DNA of 64,000 nt from a virus (IMGVR_UViG_3300044693_000272), one strand, 5' to 3'; positions 9,780 to 19,677 are shown, counted from the first letter of the stretch. A program made the numbers and translations. Notes: generated by a model not told the origin, from the sequence alone.

Positions 9780-10271
9780 TTATTTGAAAGTCAACAAATA
9801 TGGTTGCCACTCGTGATCAATCCAATCATAACGTTCAAGCGGGCCATGTTTGACGAAGCCAACTTTCTGGAAGAAAGGTTCGACTACAGTGCGTCCATAA
9901 TCCGTATGCGGCACTAATTCGACCAAATGTTTGCGATTTGGGTAATGAAACGGACAAACATCACGAAGAAGCAAGTCAAGAGCAGCACGGCCAATACCAC
10001 TTTTACGAATGTTTGGAACTACACCTGTCCATCTCAAATATATGTTTTCTGGATGTTCACCCAATTGATCTTCAGGATAGTCTTCGCTTGAGAACACACC
10101 TGTTATACCAACTACTTCATCATCGAGAGTAATCAAATAGATTTCGCCGGTATTAGAATCTTCAGACGAGATTTCATGAGCGATGGAATTATAGGGCTCA
10201 GGCCAAATTGTTTGCAATTGAGGATACAAATCAAATGGACTGCCCGTTGCCTGAACTAGTTTTATTGTCAT
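9780..10271 (-). CDS. GNAT acetyltransferase
   Basis: YLRWTGV.P..RKSGIGRAAL motif A. Confidence 0.75.
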   Translation of the reverse strand: MTIKLVQATGSPFDLYPQLQTIWPEPYNSIAHEISSEDSNTGEIYLITLDDEVVGITGVFSSEDYPEDQLGEHPENIYLRWTGVVPNIRKSGIGRAALDLLLRDVCPFHYPNRKHLVELVPHTDYGRTVVEPFFQKVGFVKHGPLERYDWIDHEWQPYLLTFK

Positions 10272-10730
10272 AAATCGATGTCTACATCTGGTGGATCTAT
10301 TTCTTCAAATGCGAATAACAGCACTAACCATACGATGATGCCAATTATGAGAAGTGCTTTCATTTTATGAATTAAAAATCATCATCACAAAACATATCAT
10401 ACGTGTCAAAAAGCAAAATAAACAGAACGATAAAGAAAACCACGACACCCAGAATTACTGCTCTCATTTTATTATAAACTTTACTTATTGAACATATCAC
10501 ACAATTGGCCATTCAGCTCTTCATCCGAAGAAGCCATGATTGTTGCTTGATATGTTGATACACTCACACTACCAATTCGAACCTCAAATTCAATGTTGTC
10601 GAATGATTCAACGAATACGTAAGCGTTCGCTGTCATCATCTTTGAATGATGCAAAGTTTTGGTTGGTAGACATATTGAAATGAAACATAAGCCATTCCTA
10701 CAAAAGCATTAGCATAACACAGAAATGGCT

Positions 10731-10753
10731 AAAGCCACCCTTAGGGTGGCTTT
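10731..10753. terminator. intrinsic terminator
   Basis: AAAGCCACC-cttag-GGTGGCTTT. Confidence 0.7.
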
Positions 10754-10787
10754 ATGCTCAAATGCAATGATATGCATCGGTCATCAA

Positions 10788-11747
10788 CTATTTGATTTCG
10801 AAATACTGTAACGCTCGTTTAATCAACTTTTGTGTTTGTTCTGGTGTCAATGTTTCTTTTGACAATTGATGCTTACGAAATGATTTGTTAAGTTCTGTGA
10901 TGAACCGATCACGTTGCAACAAATCAGGGTCTGCTTTTATCTTACTTGCAAGTTCTTTGATTGCTTGCGTGAAGCGAGCATTCACTTCAATATTTGATTG
11001 CAAATATTCTTGGTTAGTCATTTTTGATTGATCTTGGAATTGACCAGTGCGTTTGTTCATCATGTATCTCCCCGCACTCTTTTGATCGTCAATTGCATGT
11101 GTTAATTCATGCGCAATCGTACTAGCTATTGATTTCGCAGCAACACGACCATTTTTAATAAACCAGAAAGCACTTATCATTACTTCACCTTGTAATGAAT
11201 GCATACCATCTTCTTTTGTCTTTTTTATGTCATTATCATTTTTTGCATTCGGAGAATATTTTCCCTTTGACGCACCATTATTGGTTAAAACTACCCATAG
11301 AGATTTAACCATATTGTATGTATTGCTATCAACTGAATTGAAATCAAAATCATTGTTTCTTAAGATTTCATCTATTGTTCCAACTTCAATCTCGCTAGTA
11401 GCATGATCTGAGCCTTTAAGCGTGTTGTCATGTTTTCCAACAAGCATAGAACAAACGGAAGAACTAATTTCATCCCAATAGTCTTCGATGATTTCATCTG
11501 ATATAACGTCTTTAAAACGACGTGGTGAATTTTTAGTTGATGAATTTGCCCAATCTTTATTTCGAGCGGGCGCCATGAAAACACTAGGGCGCCATATTAG
11601 ATCTTCAGGGTCATCATCATTCTGGGTGCCAGAATTTTGACGTATATTTATTTGGATGGCTTTATTAATAGCAGTCATTAACGCATCTGATATCTTAATA
11701 ATATCATTGATTTCTCTGGCTGTTTCTCGTAATTCGAAATACCGCAT
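10788..11747 (-). CDS. HExxH zincin-like protein, probably late/virion-associated
   Basis: IAHELTHAID, EVNARF; ATAAATA motif just upstream (11766-11772). Confidence 0.65.
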   Translation of the reverse strand: MRYFELRETAREINDIIKISDALMTAINKAIQINIRQNSGTQNDDDPEDLIWRPSVFMAPARNKDWANSSTKNSPRRFKDVISDEIIEDYWDEISSSVCSMLVGKHDNTLKGSDHATSEIEVGTIDEILRNNDFDFNSVDSNTYNMVKSLWVVLTNNGASKGKYSPNAKNDNDIKKTKEDGMHSLQGEVMISAFWFIKNGRVAAKSIASTIAHELTHAIDDQKSAGRYMMNKRTGQFQDQSKMTNQEYLQSNIEVNARFTQAIKELASKIKADPDLLQRDRFITELNKSFRKHQLSKETLTPEQTQKLIKRALQYFEIK

Positions 11748-11769
11748 AATGGTTCTCTGAAAATAATAT

Positions 11770-12393
11770 TTATATGGTAAAGAAGCCACCCTTGGGTGGC
11801 TTCTTTTGCTTTACATACGGCATTGAAAAAACATTTGGTGCATAAAGTACAGTACTGTAATTTGTCACTTGGGGCGGTGGCACAGGGTCTTTGGGTCTGT
11901 CAATCACCATAAATGCCATAGTAATAGCTAGCAACGTTAGTGCTACTGTTATTCGAACAAATTTGATGTTCAATGTTGCTTGTGTGATATTGTTGCTCGT
12001 ATCCATAGCTCGTTCATGCATGGCTATGTTGCTTTCTGAAATCATCTTTTTAACATCGTGATACGATTTGGGATCGTTCAAAATTTGCTTATCACCTGCT
12101 ATTTCATTATCCAACCTAGCTTGCGTTGACGAAATCATTACCATCAATTTACTGAGTGCCACCAATAGATCATACATCACTTCATAAATGATATTCCATG
12201 AAACGATGATAATAAACGCGAGGATGTTAATTTTGAAGACTGACACTTCTTTAGAATGGTAATGGTTAAGAAACATGAACCAAATTAAGAAACCAGAAGT
12301 AACAATGGTAGAAAAATAATTAACAATCACTTCTTTCCAATATACAGAAAGAATAATCATGAGTAATCCAAAAGCTCGTTTAAATTTTGCCAT
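11770..12393 (-). CDS. multi-pass membrane protein
   Basis: several hydrophobic segments. Confidence 0.6.
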   Translation of the reverse strand: MAKFKRAFGLLMIILSVYWKEVIVNYFSTIVTSGFLIWFMFLNHYHSKEVSVFKINILAFIIIVSWNIIYEVMYDLLVALSKLMVMISSTQARLDNEIAGDKQILNDPKSYHDVKKMISESNIAMHERAMDTSNNITQATLNIKFVRITVALTLLAITMAFMVIDRPKDPVPPPQVTNYSTVLYAPNVFSMPYVKQKKPPKGGFFTI

Positions 12394-12442
12394 CTAACAT
12401 TCCTATAATAGAATTATGGCATTACATAGCCATAATAAGAAA

Positions 12443-13114
12443 ATGTCAAATACGTTTTACGTCTACAAATATTTGAGAGAAGCCGACTCACCAAATGGCA
12501 AAGCAGGCACGCCATATTACATAGGTAAGGGAACAGGCCGTAGATGCTACGAGAAGCATCATGGTGTTGCTGTTCCAAAAAACAGAGATCGGATAGTCAT
12601 AGTTCACGAGAACTTGCCAGAGTGGCAAGCGTTTTCTCTAGAAATCTGGTATATTCACAAATATGGGCGCATTGATAAAGGAACTGGCTCACTCAGGAAT
12701 TTAACTGACGGTGGAGAAGGCGTAGCTGGCAGGAAATGGACTGATGCCGAACGAGTACACATGAGCAATATCAAGAGAATCGCTTACACTGGTGAAGGCA
12801 ATCCAATGTATGGCAAGAAGGGTAATCTCAACCCAAACTATGGTAGAACGGCCTGGAATAAAGGTAAACTGATGCCTAAAACACCAGAGCATATTGAAGC
12901 GCAAGCGTCTGCCCAACGTGGTGAAAATAACATAATGTACGGGAAAACATATGCTGAAGTTTATGGTGAAGAATATGCGTCAAAGAGGAAAGCAGCAATC
13001 AGTGCCGCGTTGAAGGGAAGAAAACAAGAATTAACCACTTGTCCCCATTGCAGTAAAACTGGTGGTAACGGTATGATGAAACGCTACCATTTCGACAACT
13101 GCAAACAGAAATAA
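12443..13114 (+). mobile_element. free-standing GIY-YIG homing endonuclease (Seg-like, NUMOD3-type repeats)
   Basis: FYVYKY..PYYIGKGTGRR, NLTDGGEG, NPMYGK, AWNKGK, CPHC..RYHFDNCK; opposite strand to neighbours. Confidence 0.9.
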
Positions 13115-13142
13115 AGAAAGCACCCAAATGGGTGCTTTCTTT
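13113..13142. terminator. bidirectional terminator between convergent genes
   Basis: AAAGAAAGCACCC-aaat-GGGTGCTTTCTTT. Confidence 0.85.
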
Positions 13143-13166
13143 TAGACTACATTTAATCTTGACTTA

Positions 13167-14138
13167 TTAGTCGAGATCAATCCCGTCCTCGTTTCTCGCT
13201 CGAAAATACATTCTGAGCGCATCACGCAGTTCTGGCTTGTTGCCGACCAGGAAAGGTATGCCATCCTTGTCGAACGCGATGTCAGTACGTGGATCAAACT
13301 TGGTTTCAACAAGAGTGCTCCATCGTTCTACGTAAAATCTCTTCTTCTTGCTGCCATGCCAGTGATGCATCAATGTACCCGGAACATAGCCTACATCCTT
13401 CTGAATGTGCTTATCACAAAGTGCTTGGAATTCAGCTGCCATTGTGCGGTAGCCGATACCCATTTGACCGTGTACGCCGCTCCAAATGTCACCGACAAAT
13501 CCCCAAGCCATGTGGTGATCCCCGGCGCCCATGGGACACCAATCGATGAGTTTCTTGATACCATCCATTGCGTCACGACGAATTGCCCATGCGTAGCCAG
13601 CGTGCCAGTATTCACCACCATATTGTGACGATGGTGGAATACCTTCAACATAGCATGACAGGAATGAGCGTGCTGGCTTGCCAACGATTTCGTGGTTAGG
13701 ACCGAGGTCCAAAGAGTGGCTCCATGGCTGAACAACCTTATAATGTTGCAACGCTTCGAGAGTTTCTTCAGCCCAGTCAGAACGAGTAAACTCAACATCA
13801 GCATCGATCCATGCGGCGTATTGCCAATCTGGGTACTTTTCGTACAGATGCTTGAATCCGCGGTTGATCATTGGTTCCTTCAACCACAATTCATATTCTG
13901 GACCACCGCGCAGTTGAACGTGATCTGGATTATTGACATCAGTGATTTCGAATGGTCGATCACCGAAAGCGTGCTCTACGACTATTAATTTTATGTTAGG
14001 AGTTTGAAGCATGCGTTCTTCAAATTCTTTGTATAGCCGATAACGACTGTCGTATCGCACTGGATTGCTGATAACAGCGATGACATAAAGTGTGCGCCCG
14101 TTATGTCCTTGAGAAACTGGTTGATTACGATGTGACAT
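13167..14138 (-). CDS. GT-A-fold glycosyltransferase-like protein
   Basis: KE..IN.G, AWIDADVEF (DxD), HAGYAWA, GAGDH, HHWHG. Confidence 0.7.
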   Translation of the reverse strand: MSHRNQPVSQGHNGRTLYVIAVISNPVRYDSRYRLYKEFEERMLQTPNIKLIVVEHAFGDRPFEITDVNNPDHVQLRGGPEYELWLKEPMINRGFKHLYEKYPDWQYAAWIDADVEFTRSDWAEETLEALQHYKVVQPWSHSLDLGPNHEIVGKPARSFLSCYVEGIPPSSQYGGEYWHAGYAWAIRRDAMDGIKKLIDWCPMGAGDHHMAWGFVGDIWSGVHGQMGIGYRTMAAEFQALCDKHIQKDVGYVPGTLMHHWHGSKKKRFYVERWSTLVETKFDPRTDIAFDKDGIPFLVGNKPELRDALRMYFRARNEDGIDLD

Positions 14139-14339
14139 TTTCTTTTCCTGGGATGGAGTTGGCAAGACGAAGAGTCTCAAACCTATTTATGAATTAACTA
14201 CTTGTTTTAATAGGTTTTCTTGCCAACTTCTAGAATAAGGAAAAGTTGGTTTTGTCTCAATTTTGTAATTGTTATTTACTGTTACACGAACGGCAAAATC
14301 AGATGGCATGAAGCCCTGCCGACATGGCAGGGCTATATT

Positions 14340-14417
14340 AGCGGGTTAGGGGTGGGATTTGCACCCACAACCTTCTGTGGTCGACCTCACAGAACTCTAC
14401 ATTGAGTTACCCCAACC
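14340..14417 (-). pseudogene. degenerate tRNA (Asp/GTC-like)
   Basis: acceptor, D and anticodon stems pair; 8-nt anticodon loop AGGTCGAC, T-loop GTGCAAA, no CCA. Confidence 0.6.
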
Positions 14418-14458
14418 ATAAAATCGATTGACTCGAAAGAGTCAATCGATCATTCAGT

Positions 14459-14683
14459 TCAATAATACCAAGTCTTTGGTTTGAATCTCTTACGTTCTTC
14501 GTCAAGCTGACGCTCGCGCTCATCTTTTGCCATCATTTTAAGCATATGACTTTCTGCGACTTCTCTTTCATAGAAAGACATGGGTTCGGTTTTATAGTAA
14601 CATACGGCATGCCAGAAAAACCGAGTTTTCCAGTACAAATGAAAAACATCCTTTTCGACTTCAACAATTTTATACTTTTTCAT
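14459..14683 (-). CDS. hypothetical protein
   Basis: MKKYKIVEV.. ORF after tRNA-like RNA. Confidence 0.6.
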   Translation of the reverse strand: MKKYKIVEVEKDVFHLYWKTRFFWHAVCYYKTEPMSFYEREVAESHMLKMMAKDERERQLDEERKRFKPKTWYY

Positions 14684-14690
14684 TTTTGTA

Positions 14691-14812
14691 TGGTGCCGGG
14701 GGCGGGAGTCGAACCCGCACTTCACCACCGTGGCCTTTGGTGGGTCTGCGTTGTCTAGAATACGCACACATGGCTTTCTGGCCATGGCCTCTACCTATTG
14801 GGCTACCCCGAC
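14691..14812 (-). ncRNA. enlarged tRNA-like RNA (122 nt) with three hairpins between D and T arms
   Basis: acceptor GTCGGGG/CCCCGGC-A-CCA, Leu-like D arm, GGTTCGACTCC T arm. Confidence 0.75.
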
Positions 14813-14818
14813 AATAAA

Positions 14819-15019
14819 TCAGTTTTGTTCGATTTTGATCTTTGAAAGCAATTGCTTTACTCGTTCAATCGTTTCAAGCTCTTCTTGAGCACCAACAGCG
14901 TACTGGTCTGAACTTTTAACAATTTTCTCAAGATATTGTTCGATGATCCACCACTCACTACGACGAGTTAAACCAATAATTTGGTTATCGCGCTTGCTAT
15001 CACCAGTCAATTCAACCAT
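14819..15019 (-). CDS. hypothetical protein
   Basis: 66 aa ORF. Confidence 0.6.
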   Translation of the reverse strand: MVELTGDSKRDNQIIGLTRRSEWWIIEQYLEKIVKSSDQYAVGAQEELETIERVKQLLSKIKIEQN

Positions 15020-15206
15020 TTTTACCCTCGCTTGCTTCTAACCGTTGCTTAGTGGTTTCATATTGATCTTCAGGAATACAAAGACCAAATACACGCTTAT
15101 CACTCAACCTACATCTAGAACAAAGATATCTATGGTATTTCCTCACCTGGCCTTCACCAGTTGTTGGATGAACACACCAATGAATGTCAATTATTTCAGG
15201 TACCAT
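15012..15206 (-). CDS. hypothetical protein
   Basis: 64 aa ORF, coupled. Confidence 0.55.
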   Translation of the reverse strand: MVPEIIDIHWCVHPTTGEGQVRKYHRYLCSRCRLSDKRVFGLCIPEDQYETTKQRLEASEGKNG

Positions 15207-15439
15207 TATTTTACGAAAATAGCAATCGCTAGTATCACAATAAAGAAGGAAAAGAAAACTCCAAACGCGATTGCAGCAGTTTTACCCATATCTTCATATA
15301 TGGCTTGGTTTGTTCTTTCCCACTCTCGTTGTTCTAGTTCATACCACTCCAAATCGTATTGAGAAGCAGTACCATTTTCAATACGTTTCAGTCGCTCAAC
15401 CTTAAAGCGCCATGCACCTAATTCGGAAAATAAACTCAT
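15206..15439 (-). CDS. C-terminally anchored membrane protein
   Basis: hydrophobic C-terminal helix. Confidence 0.65.
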   Translation of the reverse strand: MSLFSELGAWRFKVERLKRIENGTASQYDLEWYELEQREWERTNQAIYEDMGKTAAIAFGVFFSFFIVILAIAIFVK

Positions 15440-15735
15440 TCGCTTGTCTTCACATCAACCGTTCGTCTACAGTTTCTACCACATCCTTCAACAAAGGATG
15501 TTACTGGTTGTGAATCAGATTTACAATAGGTGTAATACCCTTCTTCGTACCGTGTCCCATTCAGATATAAATGTATGAATTTTGTCACAGTACAACCATC
15601 AGAATTGGTACCAAGTTTCAAGAACGTGGTTGTTTCGTTCAGCTCTTCATTTGTTTTTACTGGTGCATTTTGCCGGACGCAACCAAACAATGACATAACG
15701 CAGAGAAAACTAATGAATACTTTTAAAATCGTCAT
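15436..15735 (-). CDS. putative lipoprotein
   Basis: signal peptide ending LFGC (lipobox). Confidence 0.6.
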   Translation of the reverse strand: MTILKVFISFLCVMSLFGCVRQNAPVKTNEELNETTTFLKLGTNSDGCTVTKFIHLYLNGTRYEEGYYTYCKSDSQPVTSFVEGCGRNCRRTVDVKTSE

Positions 15736-15736
15736 T

Positions 15737-16075
15737 TTACTTCATCCCCGGGTGCGGATGGTTCAAAATATACAACTTGGCACGCTGAATAACAGCAGTG
15801 CGATATTCGTCATCACAACCAGCATCGATCAATGCGTGTTCCATCTGCTCAATTGTCTGGAAATCCCACCACTTCGACTTACGAGCAGTCTCGATGAACT
15901 CGACCCAGTTAATAGCCATACCACGGTCTCGGACCATTTCAACAATAAGATCGAGTGGCATTCCTTTCTCGTCTTTCATCTTAAAAGCTGTGCGGCCGGA
16001 AAAGAGCGTCATAGTACCTCTGGCGGTTGTGGGAGAACATCCGTTAGCCTCAACGCAATTTGGTACTGTTCCCAA
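15737..16075 (-). CDS. stand-alone fragment resembling the AlaRS tRNA-recognition helix
   Basis: SGRTAFKMKDEKGMPLDL vs AlaRS G..AF.LYDTYGFP.DL. Confidence 0.6.
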   Translation of the reverse strand: MGTVPNCVEANGCSPTTARGTMTLFSGRTAFKMKDEKGMPLDLIVEMVRDRGMAINWVEFIETARKSKWWDFQTIEQMEHALIDAGCDDEYRTAVIQRAKLYILNHPHPGMK

Positions 16076-16404
16076 GCTGATTTGACCGTCTCATTGTCAT
16101 TTATGTTGGTGGGTACCAAATCCATCCATACATGTTCTTCGCGAATGCGTACTGGATACTTACCAAAATTGCGTGGCTGATGCAACTTGCCATCATGCTG
16201 AAGTTGAAGCGCAACTTCATTACATTTGTCTACGTCGAGACCTAAAAGGTAACCAGGTGTATACATATATTCGGCCACTACATCTAAAATGGCATTATCA
16301 TCTTCCATACGAGTACGGGCGATGATCACTGCAACATCTTTTATGTCAACTTCACCATTCACGATATCGCGAATACAACGACCAAAAGAAAACCCAACCT
16401 TCAT
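16009..16404 (-). CDS. hypothetical protein
   Basis: 131 aa ORF, MKVGFSFGRCIRDIV. Confidence 0.7.
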   Translation of the reverse strand: MKVGFSFGRCIRDIVNGEVDIKDVAVIIARTRMEDDNAILDVVAEYMYTPGYLLGLDVDKCNEVALQLQHDGKLHQPRNFGKYPVRIREEHVWMDLVPTNINDNETVKSAWEQYQIALRLTDVLPQPPEVL

Positions 16405-16586
16405 TTTTTGCCTTTTTCTTTTTGTTTTTGCTTGGCTGACGTTTTCATACCAAGTTTCAAATACTTTAATATCAAGTCAGTATGCTTGATGTTTAACTTT
16501 GCTGCTTCTTCGCGCAGCTTATCATCAAGCTCAATCGGCACGTATATAACGTTTCCTACGACTTGGTTCACGATATTCTCAAATTT

Positions 16587-16672
16587 TGGAGCCCAGAGAG
16601 GGATTCGAACCCCCGACTTTGCGGCTTTGCGGCTTTGCAGGCCGTTGCCTTTGACCTCTCGACCACCTGGGC
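16587..16672 (-). tRNA. trnC: tRNA-Cys(GCA) with 8-nt tandem duplication
   Basis: loop CTGCAAA; 86 nt vs 78 nt for the other two Cys tRNAs. Confidence 0.85.
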
Positions 16673-16956
16673 ATAACAAGTTAATTGCCAATTCTACAGC
16701 TTTGGCAACTTATGTCAAGCAAGATTGGTGTTTTCGTTTGCTACTTTGAAAGCTTCGTATTTTTCTTCATCATCAATATAGATGCGAAGCTCAGAATTAC
16801 CATAGCTACTATTCCATTCCATAAACCACACGCCAGGAACTTCTTTCACTTGCACCTCCTATTTGTTCACCTATTCATATGGTAGCACAAAACGGTTGAT
16901 TTACACGTGAATGAAGGGCCTACACTGTAGGCCCTTCATTTCAAAGCATTTTCAGC

Positions 16957-17502
16957 TTACTTTGCGGCTTTCAAAAAGTGCGGTTTCGTTTTTTCCGGCG
17001 TTCCATCTTGCAGACGCAGCGTAACAACACCTGCGGGGCTAATGCTTTCAATTACCGCATTACCATTTGACCATGCAACTTCAGAGCCAATCTTGAGGCC
17101 CTTCTTCTCAAGTGCTGCCATACGCTTTGCGGCTTTTTCTGCCCGAGCCTCACGCTTTTCTTCAATCGTTTTAATCATGCCACGTTCGACCAGCTGCGTA
17201 TACAGCAATTCAATCAAGTCCTTTGTATTGGACATGACCGTAATTTCAGCGTTGACACCGTGCAAGTCAAGCAAGTGAATCGCACCAACATTGCTTTTGT
17301 AAACCGACCAGGCCCACGTTTTGTTCATTTCGATGCTAAACTCATTACCACCAAGTTCTTCATCCTCAGTCAAACCAAGTTCGACGATGAGTGCTTTAAT
17401 GTCGGTAAGGCGAACATCATTGAAGATATTCGCAACAAATTGCTTGTTCTTCTTGTACTGCGCTTTCAACGCATCACGTACTTGCCAAGCATCTTGCTTC
17501 AT
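16957..17502 (-). CDS. hypothetical protein (C-terminal SH3-like strand pattern)
   Basis: strong SD AAAGGAG, upstream sigma70-like promoter TTGATT-N17-TAATAT. Confidence 0.75.
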   Translation of the reverse strand: MKQDAWQVRDALKAQYKKNKQFVANIFNDVRLTDIKALIVELGLTEDEELGGNEFSIEMNKTWAWSVYKSNVGAIHLLDLHGVNAEITVMSNTKDLIELLYTQLVERGMIKTIEEKREARAEKAAKRMAALEKKGLKIGSEVAWSNGNAVIESISPAGVVTLRLQDGTPEKTKPHFLKAAK

Positions 17503-17598
17503 TCGCTTTCTCCTTTGTTGTTCACCATGTTCGTATATTACGTTCATATGAACCAAGAATCAAGCAAAATCTAGACAGATGAAGGCTGAGCCGTGTTC

Positions 17599-18036
17599 TT
17601 ACAACTCAACCACGTTAACTGGTGATTCGATTTCAAGTGCATCGATTACTTCAAACCAATCGACGTCGGGGTCGAACCCAGCTTTGTCATCAAGCAGAAT
17701 GCTGAAGTAAAACTTCTGGTCGAAGCAACCGGTTTTTGTATTCTTCTCATCAGGATTCTCGTTGAAATAATGGACCATGATGCCATGTTGTCCAAAGAAA
17801 TCAACAATAGCTGTTTTCTCGTGGTCGTGACAGGACGACCACAGAATGATCTTGCTCTCTTTGCGAGCTGTTATTGCTTGAAGCCCATCAACTACGGTTT
17901 GATTAATGAATGTATAGCCACCGTTATCGTAGTTTGACTTTAGGCAAACACCGTGCAGGTCAATTGCCCAGTAAATTGTGTCCCAATTGCGCGAGCGCAT
18001 GGTTTGGTAAGCGCGATGAATAGCTTTTTTGATCAT
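17599..18036 (-). CDS. HAD-superfamily-like protein
   Basis: AIDLHGV, ILWSS, LLDDKAGF. Confidence 0.7.
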   Translation of the reverse strand: MIKKAIHRAYQTMRSRNWDTIYWAIDLHGVCLKSNYDNGGYTFINQTVVDGLQAITARKESKIILWSSCHDHEKTAIVDFFGQHGIMVHYFNENPDEKNTKTGCFDQKFYFSILLDDKAGFDPDVDWFEVIDALEIESPVNVVEL

Positions 18037-18103
18037 TGTTATCGCTCTGAATGGTGAAAGAGTGCCAGATTATAGCACTCTTTCCGCAACTTTTTGTAAT
18101 TGG

Positions 18104-18373
18104 TTACCAGTTACCTGACTGGCTATCACGCTCATCTTGTCTACCGTCAGAACGGGCTTCACTCTTAACTTCATCTATGTAATCATCAAGGGTCATCACA
18201 GAATATTTGAGCGAACCCAAGTTCGGCAAATTGCGATCGGGCCTCGACATTTTGTCCGCCATTCGTTGTGCTTCTTCTTTGTCATCATACAAGTTATCCA
18301 GATCACCTGAAATTCCGCTATAACGGATATAGGTAACTACGATGTAAAGTTGATTTGCCGAAAATGTTGTCAT
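18104..18373 (-). CDS. hypothetical early protein
   Basis: directly behind conserved early promoter. Confidence 0.7.
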   Translation of the reverse strand: MTTFSANQLYIVVTYIRYSGISGDLDNLYDDKEEAQRMADKMSRPDRNLPNLGSLKYSVMTLDDYIDEVKSEARSDGRQDERDSQSGNW

Positions 18374-18389
18374 GTCAACCTCCCTTGTC

Positions 18390-18430
18390 TACCATGTTCA
18401 TATGGTATACTCAACTGACCCGGCAATCAA
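18390..18430 (-). promoter_or_regulatory. sigma70-like early promoter with palindromic -10/+1
   Basis: TTGATT-N17-TACCAT-atgaac-ATGGTA. Confidence 0.7.
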
Positions 18431-18990
18431 GCAATGGTTTTGATCGCTTCGATCACCTTGTCCCAGTGCAGATCATAGCGATGACCACCGTCTTCCGTTA
18501 CGGTGAGGGACTTGATATAAGGGATATTCTTGCGTGCAACTTCTGGATTCAAAACATCATCGTCAGCAGCTAGAAAAAGATGGATGTTTGCACCATTTTG
18601 GTCGAACGCAATTTCGGTCGCCATTGCTTCCCACTCATCGATGAAATCTTCAGTAACCCAGAAGTCTTCACCCGTTGCATAGTTCTTGCTCTTTCCCAAT
18701 CGTTCTCGCATCGTGATATGTGGCTCAGTGCTCGGATTAACAAGAACGCATGGTGCATCAAACTTGGTGGAAAAGTAATGAGCGTAGAAGCCACCGAGAC
18801 TCGTACCAACAAACACGATGGGTTCATCTTTGTTATTTTTGACGATCGATTGGACCATCTCAACAACAGAGCGGGGATTGATGGGGAGGTTGGGAGCTTC
18901 AACATGATCATCACCAAACACGGCTTTTAGTGCATCAGACTTTGCGCTCTTACCAGAACTCCCGAAACCGTGCAAATAGATGATTTTCAT
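18427..18990 (-). CDS. YqiA/UPF0227-family alpha/beta hydrolase (esterase)
   Basis: YLHGFGSS, GTSLGGFYA, VLVNPS, DDVL, GGHR. Confidence 0.9.
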   Translation of the reverse strand: MKIIYLHGFGSSGKSAKSDALKAVFGDDHVEAPNLPINPRSVVEMVQSIVKNNKDEPIVFVGTSLGGFYAHYFSTKFDAPCVLVNPSTEPHITMRERLGKSKNYATGEDFWVTEDFIDEWEAMATEIAFDQNGANIHLFLAADDDVLNPEVARKNIPYIKSLTVTEDGGHRYDLHWDKVIEAIKTIA

Positions 18991-19052
18991 TTCGACTCCG
19001 TCATATTCCTCACAGCTTCATTATATGAAGAATACAGGTAGCCGTCAAACGA

Positions 19053-19640
19053 TTACTTACTTAACTTTACGTTTGGTGGCAGCTCACTCAATTCAACGCC
19101 TTGAGAAGCAAGGAAGTCAGCAGTCCGCTTATCCATGTTGACAAAACCGTAGATCATCTTTTTGTGACGATGGCCCGAGATCATGCGTTCATAGTGATAA
19201 CCGTCTGGATCAAGTTCGAGGATTTCTTTACCAGTCAGTGCTGCTGCCAGTGTATTTGGTACTGGCTGAGCGCCTGCTCTCTTCAATATCAACTCAACCG
19301 GACCACTTACTTCAGCCCATGAACGCTCACGTGTGACATCTTCATCTTTCATTCTAAGATAATCGCGCTTGCCCTGGCTTGAACCATCTGTACCACTAGC
19401 AATACTCTTTCGACCGTGCTGGTCTTTATACACCATGGCTGCGAATACGTGACCGTTTCGTACGCATAATTTCCACAAACCAGTTTTTGCAATCAATTCT
19501 TCAACATTAGCAGCTGAATGAAACCCGCCAACTTTCTCGTAACTGAGTTGCATTATATGCCAGACTTGGTCTGCGTACTTGGTCTTGGAATCATCGTCAA
19601 ACGCATTGACGTAATGTTCAAACAGATCAGTATAGCGCAT
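19053..19640 (-). CDS. conserved hypothetical protein
   Basis: 195 aa ORF; ATAAATA motif upstream. Confidence 0.75.
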   Translation of the reverse strand: MRYTDLFEHYVNAFDDDSKTKYADQVWHIMQLSYEKVGGFHSAANVEELIAKTGLWKLCVRNGHVFAAMVYKDQHGRKSIASGTDGSSQGKRDYLRMKDEDVTRERSWAEVSGPVELILKRAGAQPVPNTLAAALTGKEILELDPDGYHYERMISGHRHKKMIYGFVNMDKRTADFLASQGVELSELPPNVKLSK

Positions 19641-19677
19641 CGTCTATATCCTTTTGAGTTATAGACTTATTTATGCG

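Noticed and set aside
14424-14451. Perfect palindrome ATCGATTGACTC-gaaa-GAGTCAATCGAT
   Set aside because: Single GAAA-capped hairpin downstream of a gene; most simply a terminator or stabiliser.
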